Origin: Gammaproteobacteria bacterium
Lineage (GTDB): Bacteria; Pseudomonadota; Gammaproteobacteria; Chromatiales; Chromatiaceae
Length of the DNA stretch: 45,892 nt
Direction of reading: 5' to 3'
NCBI GenBank assembly: GCA_020445205.1
Contig: JAGRHA010000150.1
Coordinates: 1-45,892, forward strand
In this document: piece by piece, positions 31,360 through 42,933 of the stretch
Numbering within the stretch: the first letter of the stretch is position 1
Layout of the letters: each line of letters begins with the position of its first letter
Notes under the pieces: generated by a model
Seen by the model: only the letters and a program-made list of their open reading frames with translations
What the model was told of the DNA's origin: nothing
The model's database searches: none
Made by a program: the position numbers and the translations under genes

Positions 31360-32379
31360 ATGACTTTCACCGTCACCCTCAGCACCAGCAGCCACCAATT
31401 CGACGTTGAAGACAACGAGACGATACTGGATGCTGCGATCCGGCAGAACATCGGTCTGCCGTATGGCTGCCGCAACGGCCGCTGCGGTGCCTGCACCGCC
31501 GATCTGATCAGCGGCGAGGTCACCTACTACGGCGCGCCGCCGGCGCTCGAAGAGGCCGGTGCGGGCAAGTGCCTGCCATGCCAGGGTTTCGCCGCGAGTG
31601 ATATCACGCTGGGTGTGCGCGAAGCCGAGTCGACAGCCGACATCGAGGTCAAGTTGCTGCCCGTGCGTGTGCACGCCGTCGATCACCTGAGCCACGACGT
31701 CGTGCGCCTGCTGCTCAAGCTGCCTGAAAACCAGCGCCTGCAGTTCATGGCCGGACAGTATCTCAATTTCATCCTTGCCGATGGCCGCAAGCGTGCCTTT
31801 TCGATCGCCAATGCGCCGCACGATGACCAGTACATCGAACTGCACATCCGCCATGTCGATGGCGGTGAGTTCACTGACTGGGTATTCACTCAGATGCAGG
31901 CACGCGCGATCCTGCGCATCGAGGCGCCGTTGGGGAGCTTCGTGCTCGACGAGGACTCGACGCGGCCGATGATCTTCATGGGCGGCGGCACCGGCTTCGC
32001 GCCACTCAAGGGTCAAATCGAACAGGCGTTCAAGGCCGGAATGGATCAGCCCATTCATCTCTACTGGGGGGTGCGCTCGCAGGACGATCTCTACCTGCCC
32101 GAGCTTCCGCGGGAATGGATGCGCGAACACCCCAACTTCCACTTCGTGCCCGTGCTGTCCGAGCCGGATGGCGACTGGTCGGGACGCACCGGCTGGGTAC
32201 ACGAAGCGGTTCTCGCCGATTTTGCCGATCTCGCCGACACGGATCTGTACATGGCGGGGCCGCCGCCGATGATCAACGCGGCGCGCGACGCATTTCGCAC
32301 CGCTGGCATGCCCGAGCAGCACATGCATTACGACTCGTTCGAGTACGCCGAAGACACGCGCGACAAGGCCGCCGACTAG
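31360..32379 (+). CDS. 2Fe-2S/FAD/NAD oxidoreductase (CDP-6-deoxy-delta-3,4-glucoseen reductase / flavin reductase-like)
   Basis: PYGCRNGRCGAC..C ferredoxin domain, AGQY, RAFSIAN, GGTGFAP, YMAGPP. Confidence 0.92.
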   Translation: MTFTVTLSTSSHQFDVEDNETILDAAIRQNIGLPYGCRNGRCGACTADLISGEVTYYGAPPALEEAGAGKCLPCQGFAASDITLGVREAESTADIEVKLLPVRVHAVDHLSHDVVRLLLKLPENQRLQFMAGQYLNFILADGRKRAFSIANAPHDDQYIELHIRHVDGGEFTDWVFTQMQARAILRIEAPLGSFVLDEDSTRPMIFMGGGTGFAPLKGQIEQAFKAGMDQPIHLYWGVRSQDDLYLPELPREWMREHPNFHFVPVLSEPDGDWSGRTGWVHEAVLADFADLADTDLYMAGPPPMINAARDAFRTAGMPEQHMHYDSFEYAEDTRDKAAD

Positions 32380-32404
32380 CACCTGTTCACACGCGGTGTG
32401 CGCC

Positions 32405-32446
32405 GTGGCGGCGGCCGTCAGGTGACGTAACGCCGCCACCTTCCTT
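32405..32446 (+). terminator. GC-rich hairpin after the oxidoreductase (possible terminator)
   Basis: GTGGCGGCG..CGCCGCCAC stem followed by CTTCCTT; no classical U-run. Confidence 0.35.
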
Positions 32447-32657
32447 GCCCGTTCGACGCCGCTGCCCGTGATCTGGTCGCACGCTTATTCCGGTGGCCGT
32501 CGCCTGGTAAGTGTTATCGCCTTGGCGACTGCACTGCCGGTCACACCTGGACGACGCGCGGCACACTCCATTCCGCCTGCCGCGTGTTGTTGCGCAACCG
32601 ACCGGGCTGCTGGCGCAGGCGTCGTGTCGTGCACCGCGGCCGCAGCGTGATGCAGCT

Positions 32658-33959
32658 TCAGGTCGAGGGCTCGGGATCTTCGCCGAGGGTGTGCGAAGGC
32701 GGCGTCATGCGCTGCTCGTCGAGCATTGGCCGATTGGCCTTGTTCTTGCCGATGTCGTGCGGCAGAGGTACGGGCTCCGGACCACCCGTGCCCGACAACC
32801 CCTTGCGGTAGATATCGATCGCCTTGTCGGGTTCGTGCATACGTTCCAGCAGCTGGCCGAGCTCGCGATATGCCTGCGGCGGCCCATTGCGGCCGATGCA
32901 GGCCTCGAGGTATCCGCGTGCCTTGCCCCACAGCTGCGCGCGCAGGCTCAGGCGCCCGAGTGTCAGCAACAGCGTCGGGTCATCGGGGTGGTCGGCGAGG
33001 AAGCGCTCCATCTGCGACAGCTGCTTGCCGGGTTCGGCGCTGTCGAGCAGACCATAGGCCTCGACGAGGTCGGCATCCCACTGTTTGCGCAGGGCGTCGC
33101 GCAGCAGTTGCTCGGCACGGTGATCCTGTCCGAACTCCTGCAGGTAGCCCGCGTAGTCGCCGAGGATCTGCGGATGATCGCGCAGGTTGCGTGGCACATC
33201 GGCCCAAGCGATGCCGAGACGGCGCTCATCGCGGCCGAGAAACGCCTGCTCGAGCAGGGCGCGATGGGTGCGGATTTCGAGCCGGTGCAGGTCGGCCTCG
33301 TCGTCGACCTTTCGCCGGCGCAATTCGGGCAAGAGTTCGCGCAGATGCTCCCAGTCACCGAGCTGCTCGTACAGCCGGCGCAACAGGCGCAGCACGTAGT
33401 TGTGCTTTGGCGCGACGCTGCGCAGGTGCTTCAGCGTGGCGAGTGCCTGCTCGAGCTGGTGGTCTGCGAGCTGCAGCTCGGCCTGCGTCAGGCTCACGGC
33501 GACGTCGGCCGACGGCATGGTCTCGTGGGCCAGCCGGATGTACACATCGCGGCGGTCGTGGGCACCCTGCAGCTGCGCTGCGCGTGCAGCCGCGAGGTAA
33601 TTGAGCAGCGGCGTCTCGGAGCGGTCGGCGAAGCGCACCAGGCGTTTCTCGGCACCGCGCCAGTTGCCTTCCGACATCTCGAGCAGACCGCGCGTCATCG
33701 CCTGCTGCGCCAGTCGCGAACCGCGACGTTGTTTCCAGTCGCGCACGTCCTGCGGCAGATGCAGCGTGCGCACGACGAGGCGGATGCCGAAATACAACGC
33801 CCCGAACAGTGCGGCGACAAACAACAACAGCAGGGCCAGGCTCATCTCGACCGTGTACTTGCCGAACGACATCAGCACATAGCCGGAGTCGTGGCTGAGC
33901 ACGACGCCGATACCGGCACCGGCCAACACGAACAACCAGATCTTGAGCAATGATCTCAT
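32658..33959 (-). CDS. hemY: Heme biosynthesis HemY-like TPR membrane protein
   Basis: DSGYVL..G.YTVEMS N-terminus, EG.W..AEK, YLAAARAA, LGRL....LWGKAR.YLE; directly after hemX. Confidence 0.92.
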   Translation of the reverse strand: MRSLLKIWLFVLAGAGIGVVLSHDSGYVLMSFGKYTVEMSLALLLLFVAALFGALYFGIRLVVRTLHLPQDVRDWKQRRGSRLAQQAMTRGLLEMSEGNWRGAEKRLVRFADRSETPLLNYLAAARAAQLQGAHDRRDVYIRLAHETMPSADVAVSLTQAELQLADHQLEQALATLKHLRSVAPKHNYVLRLLRRLYEQLGDWEHLRELLPELRRRKVDDEADLHRLEIRTHRALLEQAFLGRDERRLGIAWADVPRNLRDHPQILGDYAGYLQEFGQDHRAEQLLRDALRKQWDADLVEAYGLLDSAEPGKQLSQMERFLADHPDDPTLLLTLGRLSLRAQLWGKARGYLEACIGRNGPPQAYRELGQLLERMHEPDKAIDIYRKGLSGTGGPEPVPLPHDIGKNKANRPMLDEQRMTPPSHTLGEDPEPST

Positions 33960-35227
33960 TGCGACTCGACCCCACCCTGCGCCGCCGGTGCCACGGCCGA
34001 TGTCGTAGGCGCCACGTCGTCGAGCAGCTGCTTGCGTGCCTGCAGTGCGCGCAGCGATTGGCTCAGGTCCGGTAGCGCGGGACGCAGGTCGACATCCTTC
34101 ATCTCGGCAATCGCACTGCGCAGTGCGCCGGCCGTCGCGTCGCCGGGCTCGAAGTAACGTCCGAGCCAGTCATTGGCGGTGTCGAGGTTTTCGCGGAACA
34201 GTGCAGTGTCGTTGCGCGCCACGGCGAGTCGCGCGGCTTCGAGATGCAGCTTGAGGTTCTCGTAGAGGAAGAACTGGCTCTCCGGTGCGAGCATGGCCTG
34301 CACGGGTTTGTCGCGCTCGCGGATGCGCACCGAGTCTTTGAATCCCGCCCACAGGTCGTCGAGCAGGGTCTGCCAGCTGCGTTCGTCGGGTTCGCGCGCG
34401 ACGCGCTCGGGCAGCGTGCGTTCAGGGCCGATGGTCGCACGCGCGATCTTGAGCTGCGGGATCTGCTCGATCAGCGCCGACAGCCGCGCCGAGAGGCCGG
34501 CACTGTCGGGTGCGTCGAAGGTGGAGAGACGGGCGATTTCGCGCGCGATCATTTCGCGCACGCCGGCCCAGCCCGGGTCACGCGTGTCGCGCAGGCGCTG
34601 GTCGGCGAGCTCGAGTGCCACACGTGCGGTATCGGTGTCGCGCGCGAGGTTGAGCCGGTGGTTGGCGATACGCAGCAGATACTCGGCCTCAGCGATGATC
34701 CATTGCGTGCCCGAGCGACCGACGCGACGATGCACGTCGGCGACCGCGGCGCGCAGCTCGCCTTCGCGTTCCTGCAGGCGCACGTTCTCGTCGGACAGCT
34801 TCTGCTCCTGCAGTTTGAAGGCGTTGCGTGCCTCGTCGACCGCCAGTCGTTGCTGCGCCAACACGTCGCGCTGCTCACCGAGCGACGATTCCTGTTGCTT
34901 GAGCGCCGATGTCGCGTCGCCCAGCGCCTGTTGCAACTGTTGCTGCTGCTGCGCGGTGTCGCGTACACGCATGTCCATGGCGGCGAGCTCGCTCGCGAGC
35001 TCGGTCCAGTAGCGGTAACCGAACACGCCGGCGACGATCACTGCGACCAGCGCCAACAGCGCGAGCAGCAGGGCACCGAGTCCGCCTTTCGGCGATGGTT
35101 GTGGGCGTGTGGTCGCGCTGTCGGGCGACGCGTTGCCGGCGGCATCTTCCGCGCGCTCGGTGGCGTCGTTCTCCTGCTCCGGGGTCACGTCGATGACGAC
35201 GCCTGGTTTCGGGTCTTCTTCACTCAT
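33956..35227 (-). CDS. hemX: HemX family membrane protein
   Basis: TM plus coiled coil, W.IAEAEYLLRIANHRL.L..D, L.P....FL.ENLKL.LE.ARLA, W..RYF; downstream of hemD. Confidence 0.9.
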   Translation of the reverse strand: MSEEDPKPGVVIDVTPEQENDATERAEDAAGNASPDSATTRPQPSPKGGLGALLLALLALVAVIVAGVFGYRYWTELASELAAMDMRVRDTAQQQQQLQQALGDATSALKQQESSLGEQRDVLAQQRLAVDEARNAFKLQEQKLSDENVRLQEREGELRAAVADVHRRVGRSGTQWIIAEAEYLLRIANHRLNLARDTDTARVALELADQRLRDTRDPGWAGVREMIAREIARLSTFDAPDSAGLSARLSALIEQIPQLKIARATIGPERTLPERVAREPDERSWQTLLDDLWAGFKDSVRIRERDKPVQAMLAPESQFFLYENLKLHLEAARLAVARNDTALFRENLDTANDWLGRYFEPGDATAGALRSAIAEMKDVDLRPALPDLSQSLRALQARKQLLDDVAPTTSAVAPAAQGGVESQ

Positions 35228-35298
35228 ACGAACTGATTGGCCGCGTGCGTCGTGTTGGGGGTCGTTTCCGGTCAGGCTAAGACTAGCAAAGCTGCCGT

Positions 35299-36084
35299 TC
35301 AGGCGACATCTTCGTTGACCTCGCACAATGCCGCCAGCACCTCGGCATCGGTGGCCGCGCTCGCGACGTGTACGTGGCGGCAACCACGGGTCGTGGCGTG
35401 TTCGGCCATGCGTTGACTCACCACCACGAGTGGGGTGTCGCGAAGCAGTTCGGCGCCGTCGTCACCCAGCAACGTGAACAGGTTGTCGAGAATCGCGTTG
35501 CTGCTGGCGGTAACCACCTGGACCAGGCGTAGCCAGTGGCTGATGAGATTGGCCACGGCCGCCGGTCGGTCGGGCAGGCTGCGCCGGTAGACCTCGACCT
35601 GCATGACCTCGGCGCCACGCTCGCGCAGCGTCTCGGCGAGCAGTTCACGGCCACCGTTGCCGCGTAGCACGATCGCCCGCTTGCCTTGCACCGCCCGCAG
35701 CGCCGGCAGCGCGAGCAGACCCTCGCTGTCCATGCGCTGCGGCACCAGCGTGGGATCGAGGCCGACATCAGCGAGTGCACGCGCGGTGGCGTTGCCGACC
35801 GCGGCAACGTCGATGTCGAACGGTAGCTGATCGGGTAGCAGTGGAAACGCGTACTGCACGGCGTTGGCGCTGACGAAAATCAGCAGGTCGGCATGACGGG
35901 CCGTATCGAGTTGCCGGCGTGTGGCGTGCTTGTCGGCCGGGCCGAGGATCTCCATGGCGGGAAAACGCACGGGGCGGCCGTGCGCCTGCTCGATCATCTC
36001 GCACAGCTGTTCGGCCTGATGGGCCGGTCGCGTGACCAGCACGCTCAGGCCGCCAAGGTTGCACGGAGGCGTGTTTGTCGGCAC
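35299..36084 (-). CDS. hemD: Uroporphyrinogen-III synthase
   Basis: VLVTRP..QA, IFVSANAV, AVG.ATA, SEGLL.LP, RGNGGRELL, EVYRR; GTG start. Confidence 0.95.
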   Translation of the reverse strand: MPTNTPPCNLGGLSVLVTRPAHQAEQLCEMIEQAHGRPVRFPAMEILGPADKHATRRQLDTARHADLLIFVSANAVQYAFPLLPDQLPFDIDVAAVGNATARALADVGLDPTLVPQRMDSEGLLALPALRAVQGKRAIVLRGNGGRELLAETLRERGAEVMQVEVYRRSLPDRPAAVANLISHWLRLVQVVTASSNAILDNLFTLLGDDGAELLRDTPLVVVSQRMAEHATTRGCRHVHVASAATDAEVLAALCEVNEDVA

Positions 36085-36093
36085 GGCGGCGTG

Positions 36094-37026
36094 TCAGGCG
36101 TCGGCGTACAGCTCGCGCAGAATCTGCGCCGCCCCGTGTTCGAGCAGTTCTTCGGCCAGGGACTTGCCGAGCTGTTCCGCCTGCGCCTGTGGCCCGCGGA
36201 TCTCTGCACGCACGATCTCGCTGCCGTCGACCGTACCGACCAGTCCACGCAGGAACAGCTCGCCATCGGCGAGTGTTGCATGCCCACCGATCGGGACCTG
36301 GCAACCGCCTTCCAGGCGGTGATTCATCGCGCGTTCGGCACGCACGCAGGCAGCGGTGTCGGCATGGTGCAGCGGCGCCAGCAATGCGTTGATGCGGGCG
36401 TCGTCGCTGCGGCATTCGATGCCGATGGCGCCCTGGCCGATCGCCGGCAGACTGTCGTCAGTGTCGATGAAGCTGCGGATGCGCTCGGCGAATCCCAGGC
36501 GCAGCAGGCCCGCCGCCGCGAGGATGATGGCGTCGTACTCGCTGTCATCGAGTTTGCGCAGCCGTGTGTTGACGTTGCCGCGCAGCGGCACGATCTCGAG
36601 ATCGGGACGGCGGTCGGCGAGCTGGCATTGCCGACGCAGGCTCGACGTGCCGACACGCGCACCCTCGGGCAGCGATACCAGGCTGGCGTGATGGTTGGAC
36701 ACGAAGGCGTCGCGCGGATCCTCGCGTTCGAGTATCACGGCCAGGTGCAGGCCCTCGGGCAATTCGACCGGCACGTCCTTCATCGAATGCACGGCGATAT
36801 CGGCTTCGCCGTTGAGCATGCCCTGTTCGAGTTCTTTGACGAACAGGCCTTTGCCACCGATCTTTGCCAGCGGTGTGTCGAGGATCTTGTCGCCCTGCGT
36901 GGTCATGCCGAGGATCTCGACGGCAAGACCCGGATGCGCCTGCCGCAACGCCGCGGCGACATGTTCGGCCTGCCACATGGCGAGTGGGGATTTGCGGGTA
37001 GCGATTCGTACGGGCTGCGCGGTCAT
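36094..37026 (-). CDS. hemC: Hydroxymethylbilane synthase (porphobilinogen deaminase)
   Basis: [59 protein letters not shown]. Confidence 0.98.
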   Translation of the reverse strand: MTAQPVRIATRKSPLAMWQAEHVAAALRQAHPGLAVEILGMTTQGDKILDTPLAKIGGKGLFVKELEQGMLNGEADIAVHSMKDVPVELPEGLHLAVILEREDPRDAFVSNHHASLVSLPEGARVGTSSLRRQCQLADRRPDLEIVPLRGNVNTRLRKLDDSEYDAIILAAAGLLRLGFAERIRSFIDTDDSLPAIGQGAIGIECRSDDARINALLAPLHHADTAACVRAERAMNHRLEGGCQVPIGGHATLADGELFLRGLVGTVDGSEIVRAEIRGPQAQAEQLGKSLAEELLEHGAAQILRELYADA

Positions 37027-37153
37027 GCTGGTGCCGGTGTAGTCGGATAGGGCGCCAATGCTACTGGCAGATGCGCAAACTGACAAAGCATGCGGCTCCG
37101 CCGGGTTGCCGCCGCGGGTTACAATCGCGCGCTTCGCACTAGGAGACCACGCG

Positions 37154-37630
37154 ATGAAGAAGTATCTGTTCGCCCTGCTGTTATTGCTCGGTGGCGTGGT
37201 GCAGGCCGCACCGCCGGGCGTATTGCGCCTGGACGCCCGGGCGTCGATGGACGCCACCTACACCGCGGTCTACGCCGCGCTCGAGGAGGCGCGCTTCTGG
37301 GTCGTGTTCGAGGCCGATCTCGGCAGCAACCTGGCGGCATTCGCCGAGCGCTGGGGCGACGACTACAACCGCAACGCCCTGCAGGCAATCCGCAGTATCG
37401 TGGTCTGCAACGGTTGGTACGCGAACCAGATGGGCAATGCCGATCCGGATCTGCTCGCGTTGTGCCCGTTGCGGGTCAACCTGGTGGAAAAGGATGGCGT
37501 GACGCGCATTCTGTTCGCACGTCCGACGACGATCGCGGCCGGCAGCCCGGCACTCGCGGTGGCGCAGGAGGTCGAGGATACGATCGCCGAGGCCCTGCGC
37601 CAGGCGGTCGCCAAGGCCGAGGGGCGTTGA
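37154..37630 (+). CDS. Secreted DUF302-domain protein
   Basis: Signal peptide [35 protein letters not shown]; RBS AGGAG; TACAAT upstream. Confidence 0.75.
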   Translation: MKKYLFALLLLLGGVVQAAPPGVLRLDARASMDATYTAVYAALEEARFWVVFEADLGSNLAAFAERWGDDYNRNALQAIRSIVVCNGWYANQMGNADPDLLALCPLRVNLVEKDGVTRILFARPTTIAAGSPALAVAQEVEDTIAEALRQAVAKAEGR

Positions 37631-37632
37631 AG

Positions 37633-37980
37633 ATGGGTGACGGGCTGATCTTCAATGTCGACCTCGAGGACTTCGAGCAACGTGTCATCAAGTCCTCGCA
37701 CACGACGCCGGTGCTGGTCGATTTCTGGGCCGATTGGTGTGCGCCGTGCCACGCCGTCGCGCCGCATCTGGCGAAGGTGATTGGTGATTTCGCCGGTCGT
37801 GTGCGACTGGCCAAGGTCGAGGTCGACGAAGGCGAGAACATGAAACTCGCCGGACGCTACCAGGTGCGCGGTTTCCCGACCGTGATGCTGCTGCGCGACG
37901 GCGATGAGCTGGCGCGCTTCAGCGGTGCACGCCCGGCACACTGGATCGAGCAATGGCTCGACGAGCATCTGGCCGGTTGA
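37633..37980 (+). CDS. Thioredoxin (WCAPC)
   Basis: PVLVDFWADWCAPC, LAKV.VD, YQVRGFPT; starts 2 nt after the DUF302 stop. Confidence 0.92.
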   Translation: MGDGLIFNVDLEDFEQRVIKSSHTTPVLVDFWADWCAPCHAVAPHLAKVIGDFAGRVRLAKVEVDEGENMKLAGRYQVRGFPTVMLLRDGDELARFSGARPAHWIEQWLDEHLAG

Positions 37981-38055
37981 AACGGCACACGGTGGTGCTT
38001 GGGAACGCCGATAATCAATTGCTCAGGTCGCGCCTGACGTGGCCGCTGATGATTA

Positions 38056-38164
38056 TGGCGATGGCATCGTGACACCCAGGTGTCACGGGTCAACCTCCTC
38101 TGGCGCACCAACAACGCGCTCAACTTAGGGGCCTCCGCTCTCCCCGCGGTAGGCCCTGTTTTTT
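38056..38164 (+). ncRNA. Candidate small RNA (unclassified)
   Basis: 5' hairpin CGTGACAC-CCAG-GTGTCACG, then unpaired ACCTCCTC (anti-SD-like), then an intrinsic terminator; no ORF. The 5' end is a guess from a sigma28-like promoter at 38023-38049. Confidence 0.4.
38128..38164 (+). terminator. Rho-independent terminator
   Basis: GGGGCCTCCGC-tctcccc-GCGG(T)AGGCCCT stem followed by GTTTTTT. Confidence 0.8.
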
Positions 38165-38263
38165 GACCGTCGCAGGGAACCGCGTTCGTGGTGCCTAACG
38201 GCAATGCCGGCTGCTTCCCGATCTCACTTGTCGCGCACGACGGTTACGACGTCGGATGCGGCA

Positions 38264-39886
<1,623 letters not shown>

Positions 39887-39890
<4 letters not shown>

Positions 39891-42181
39891 TCGTCGGCGG
39901 ATTCGGCGGGTGCTTCGTAGGCCTCGACGAACGAGCACTCCTGTTGCGGACAGACCTTCTGCGTGCCGCTGCGCTTGGTCGTCTTGATCGTCAGGATCGG
40001 CCAACCGCAGCTCGGGCAGGGTTCGGCAACCGGCTCGTTCCATACCGCGTAGTCGCACTTGGGATACGCCGAGCACGAGTAGAACACCTTGCCGCGCCGC
40101 GATTTGCGTTGCATCAGCGTGCCCTTGTGGCACTTGGGGCAGGTGACGCCGGTATCCTTGGGTTTTTCGAGCGGCTCGATGTAGCGGCATTTCGGGTAGC
40201 CGGAGCAGCCGATGAAGCGGCCATAGCGGCCTTGCTTGAACACCAGCTCCGAGCCGCACTCGGGGCAGTCGCGTCCGACCTTCTCGGGCTCGGCCGAGGC
40301 CGCACCGTTGTCGTCGAGATTACGCGTGTAGTCACACTCGGGATAGTTGGTGCAGCCGATGAACACGCCGTTGCGCCCAAGTCGTTTGGCGAGCTGGCCG
40401 CCGCACTTGGGGCAGGCCTCGTCGATCTTCTCCTGCGTGACGTCGGATCGCTGCACGTTCTCCTGGGTGTGGTCGATGCGGTCCTTGAACGGCTGCCAGA
40501 ACTTCTCGAGCAGCGGAATCCATTCTTCCTCGCCGCGCGACACGGCATCGAGTTCGTCCTCGAGACGTGCGGTGAAGTCGTAGTCGACGTACTGCGTGAA
40601 GTAGTTGGTCAGGAACTTGTTCACCACGCGGCCGACGTCGGTCGGGATGAAGCGCTTCTTGTCCATCTCGACGTATTCGCGATCCTGCAGTGTCGAGATG
40701 ATCGACGCGTAGGTCGATGGGCGGCCGATGCCGAACTCTTCGAGTGCCTTGACCAGGCTCGCCTCGCTGTAGCGCGGCGGCGGCTCGGTGAAATGCTGTT
40801 CGCTGCGGATCTGCAGCAGACGGATACGTTCGCCCTCGCTCAACGGCGGCAGCATCTTCTCGTCGTCGTCGCCGGGCTTGGCGTCGTCCTTGCCCTCCAA
40901 GTACACCTGCATGAAGCCGGGACTCGCGATGGTCGATCCGGTTGCGCGGAACAGGTTGCCGTCGCCGGCGCCGAGATCGGCCGCGACGGTGTCGATGGTC
41001 GCGTGGATCATCTGGCACGCCACGGTGCGCTTCCAGATCAGGCTGTAGAGCTTGAGCTGGTCCTTGTCGAGGTGTGCCGCGATGTCTTCGGGCGTGTTCA
41101 GCGCCGAGGTCGGCCGGATCGCCTCGTGCGCCTCTTGTGCATTTTTCGCCTTGGTCTTGAAGTGACGCGCCGCCTTCGGCAGCTGGTCCTTGCCGTAGCG
41201 CTCGGCAATGAAGCCGCGCAGTTCGGTGAGCGCCTCGTCGGCAAGGTTCACCGAGTCGGTACGCATGTAGGTGATCAGGCCAACGGCGCCGCTGCCGATG
41301 TCGACGCCCTCGTACAGCTGCTGCGCGACACGCATCGTGCGCTGCGCGGTGAAGCCGAGCTTGCGCGCGGCCTCCTGCTGCAGTGTCGACGTGGTGAACG
41401 GCGCCGCCGGGTTGCGCTTGCGCTGCTTCTTCTCGACCTTGACGACGTCGAGATGGCCGTCGGCGGCCCTGCTCAATGCCTGCTCGACCTCGGCGGCGCG
41501 CTCGCCGTCGGTGATCGAGAACTGGCTCAGCTTGTCGTTGGCGAAATGCGTGAGTTTGCCGACGAATGCCTGGCCGCCTTTCTCGGTGTCGGCTTCGATG
41601 GTCCAGTACTCGCGTGCCTTGAACGCCTCGATCTCGTCTTCGCGCTCGCAGATCAGGCGCAGGGCGGGACTCTGTACGCGTCCTGCGGAGAGCCCGCGCC
41701 GCACCTTCTTCCACAGCAACGGCGACAGGTTGAAGCCGACGAGGTAATCGAGTGCGCGGCGTGCCTGCTGTGCGTTGACCAGGTCCATCGACAGGTCGCG
41801 CGGGTGCGCCACGGCGTCCTGCACGGCCTTCTTCGTGATCTCGTTGAACACGACCCGATGCACGGGCTTGTCCTTGAGTGCGCGTTTGCCTTTGAGCAGC
41901 TCGTACAGGTGCCACGAGATCGCTTCGCCCTCGCGATCGGGGTCGGTCGCCAGGTACAGCGCCTCGGCATTCTTGAGCTTGGTCGTGATCGCCTTGACGT
42001 GTTTGTCGTTGCGGTCGATGACCTGGTACTTCATGGCGAAGCCACTGTCGGGGTCGACCGCACCTTCTTTCGGCACCAGATCACGTACATGGCCATACGA
42101 CGCCAGCACCTCGAAATCTTTGCCGAGGTACTTCTTGATCGTCTTGGCTTTGGCCGGCGATTCGACGATTACCAGATTCAT
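39887..42181 (-). CDS. topA: DNA topoisomerase I with three C-terminal C4 zinc fingers
   Basis: LVIVESPAKAKTI, ATDPDREGEAI, SAGRVQS, LITYMRTDS, AQEAHEAIRPT, GIGRPSTY, three CP.C..C..YP.C repeats. Confidence 0.98.
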
Positions 42182-42365
42182 CGTTTGTGCTACTGCTCTG
42201 TCAAAAAAACCCGCACCTGCGGGGCACGGGCCGGAAGCATTCCGTGACTGGGATCTGCGGGGCCGTCCGACGGCTCCGCTTTTTATACGGATAGCCGGCG
42301 TCGAGGGAGGGTGTCAAGCCCAGCGCGCCAAAGTGGCGACGCGGAGTGCGCCTCGGCGCGCGTGT

Positions 42366-42845
42366 TCAGTGCAGGTACAGCGGTTCGCCGTTGTAGACGA
42401 GTTCTTCCATCAGCGCGAAGGCGTTTTCCTGGCCTGGCTGGTTCAACAGCACCAGCAGCACGATCCACTTGACGTCGTCCGCGGACAGCTCTTCGGTCTC
42501 GATCGCCATGATGCGTTCGATCACGAGCTCGCGGCTCATCGGATCGAGAATACCCGTCTGCTCGAGGTACAGCAGCATGCCCTGGATCTCGAGATCGATG
42601 CGCTGCTGCTCACGCTCGTTGTAGATACGCATCGAGCGGTTCGGCTGCGCATCGGCATAGGCCATGCTGCCCTGACGCCAGGCGAGTTCGTCGAGCCAGT
42701 TGAACGCCTTCTTGATCTCGCCCTGCGGGAATCCGGCCTGCACCAGCTCCTCTTCGAGCAGGATCTGGTCGGTCGGCGCCGACTCCTCCGCATCCATGTA
42801 GTTCTCGTAGATGTAGATCAGGACGTCGATGACGTTTTCGTTCAC
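42366..42845 (-). CDS. smg: Smg / DUF494 protein
   Basis: VIDVLIYIYENY, L..AGF...EI.KA..WL, RIY...E, RE.VIER, KW.VL.VL.NQPG.E; GTG start. Confidence 0.9.
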   Translation of the reverse strand: MNENVIDVLIYIYENYMDAEESAPTDQILLEEELVQAGFPQGEIKKAFNWLDELAWRQGSMAYADAQPNRSMRIYNEREQQRIDLEIQGMLLYLEQTGILDPMSRELVIERIMAIETEELSADDVKWIVLLVLLNQPGQENAFALMEELVYNGEPLYLH

Positions 42846-42933
42846 GGCTGCGTTCCAGACGGGGAAACGGAGGCCACGGAGGACGGCGGGGTGCGTCCCT
42901 GTGCAGGGCCTGTTACGGCGGGGTAAGGGTTCA

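Noticed and set aside
38010-38028. Possible Fur box (GATAATCAATTG) and PrrF/RyhB identity for the sRNA candidate
   Set aside because: Only a half-site matches the 19-bp consensus, and I see no recognisable PrrF or RyhB core.
40020-40420. Three similar segments at the 3' end of topA
   Set aside because: These are the normal C4 zinc-finger repeats of topoisomerase I.
39944-42247. 767-aa plus-strand ORF antisense to topA (and similar ORFs such as 9193-10659, 7036-8388, 113-1423, 32511-33953)
   Set aside because: Shadow ORFs expected from high-GC codon bias opposite real genes; no family motifs.
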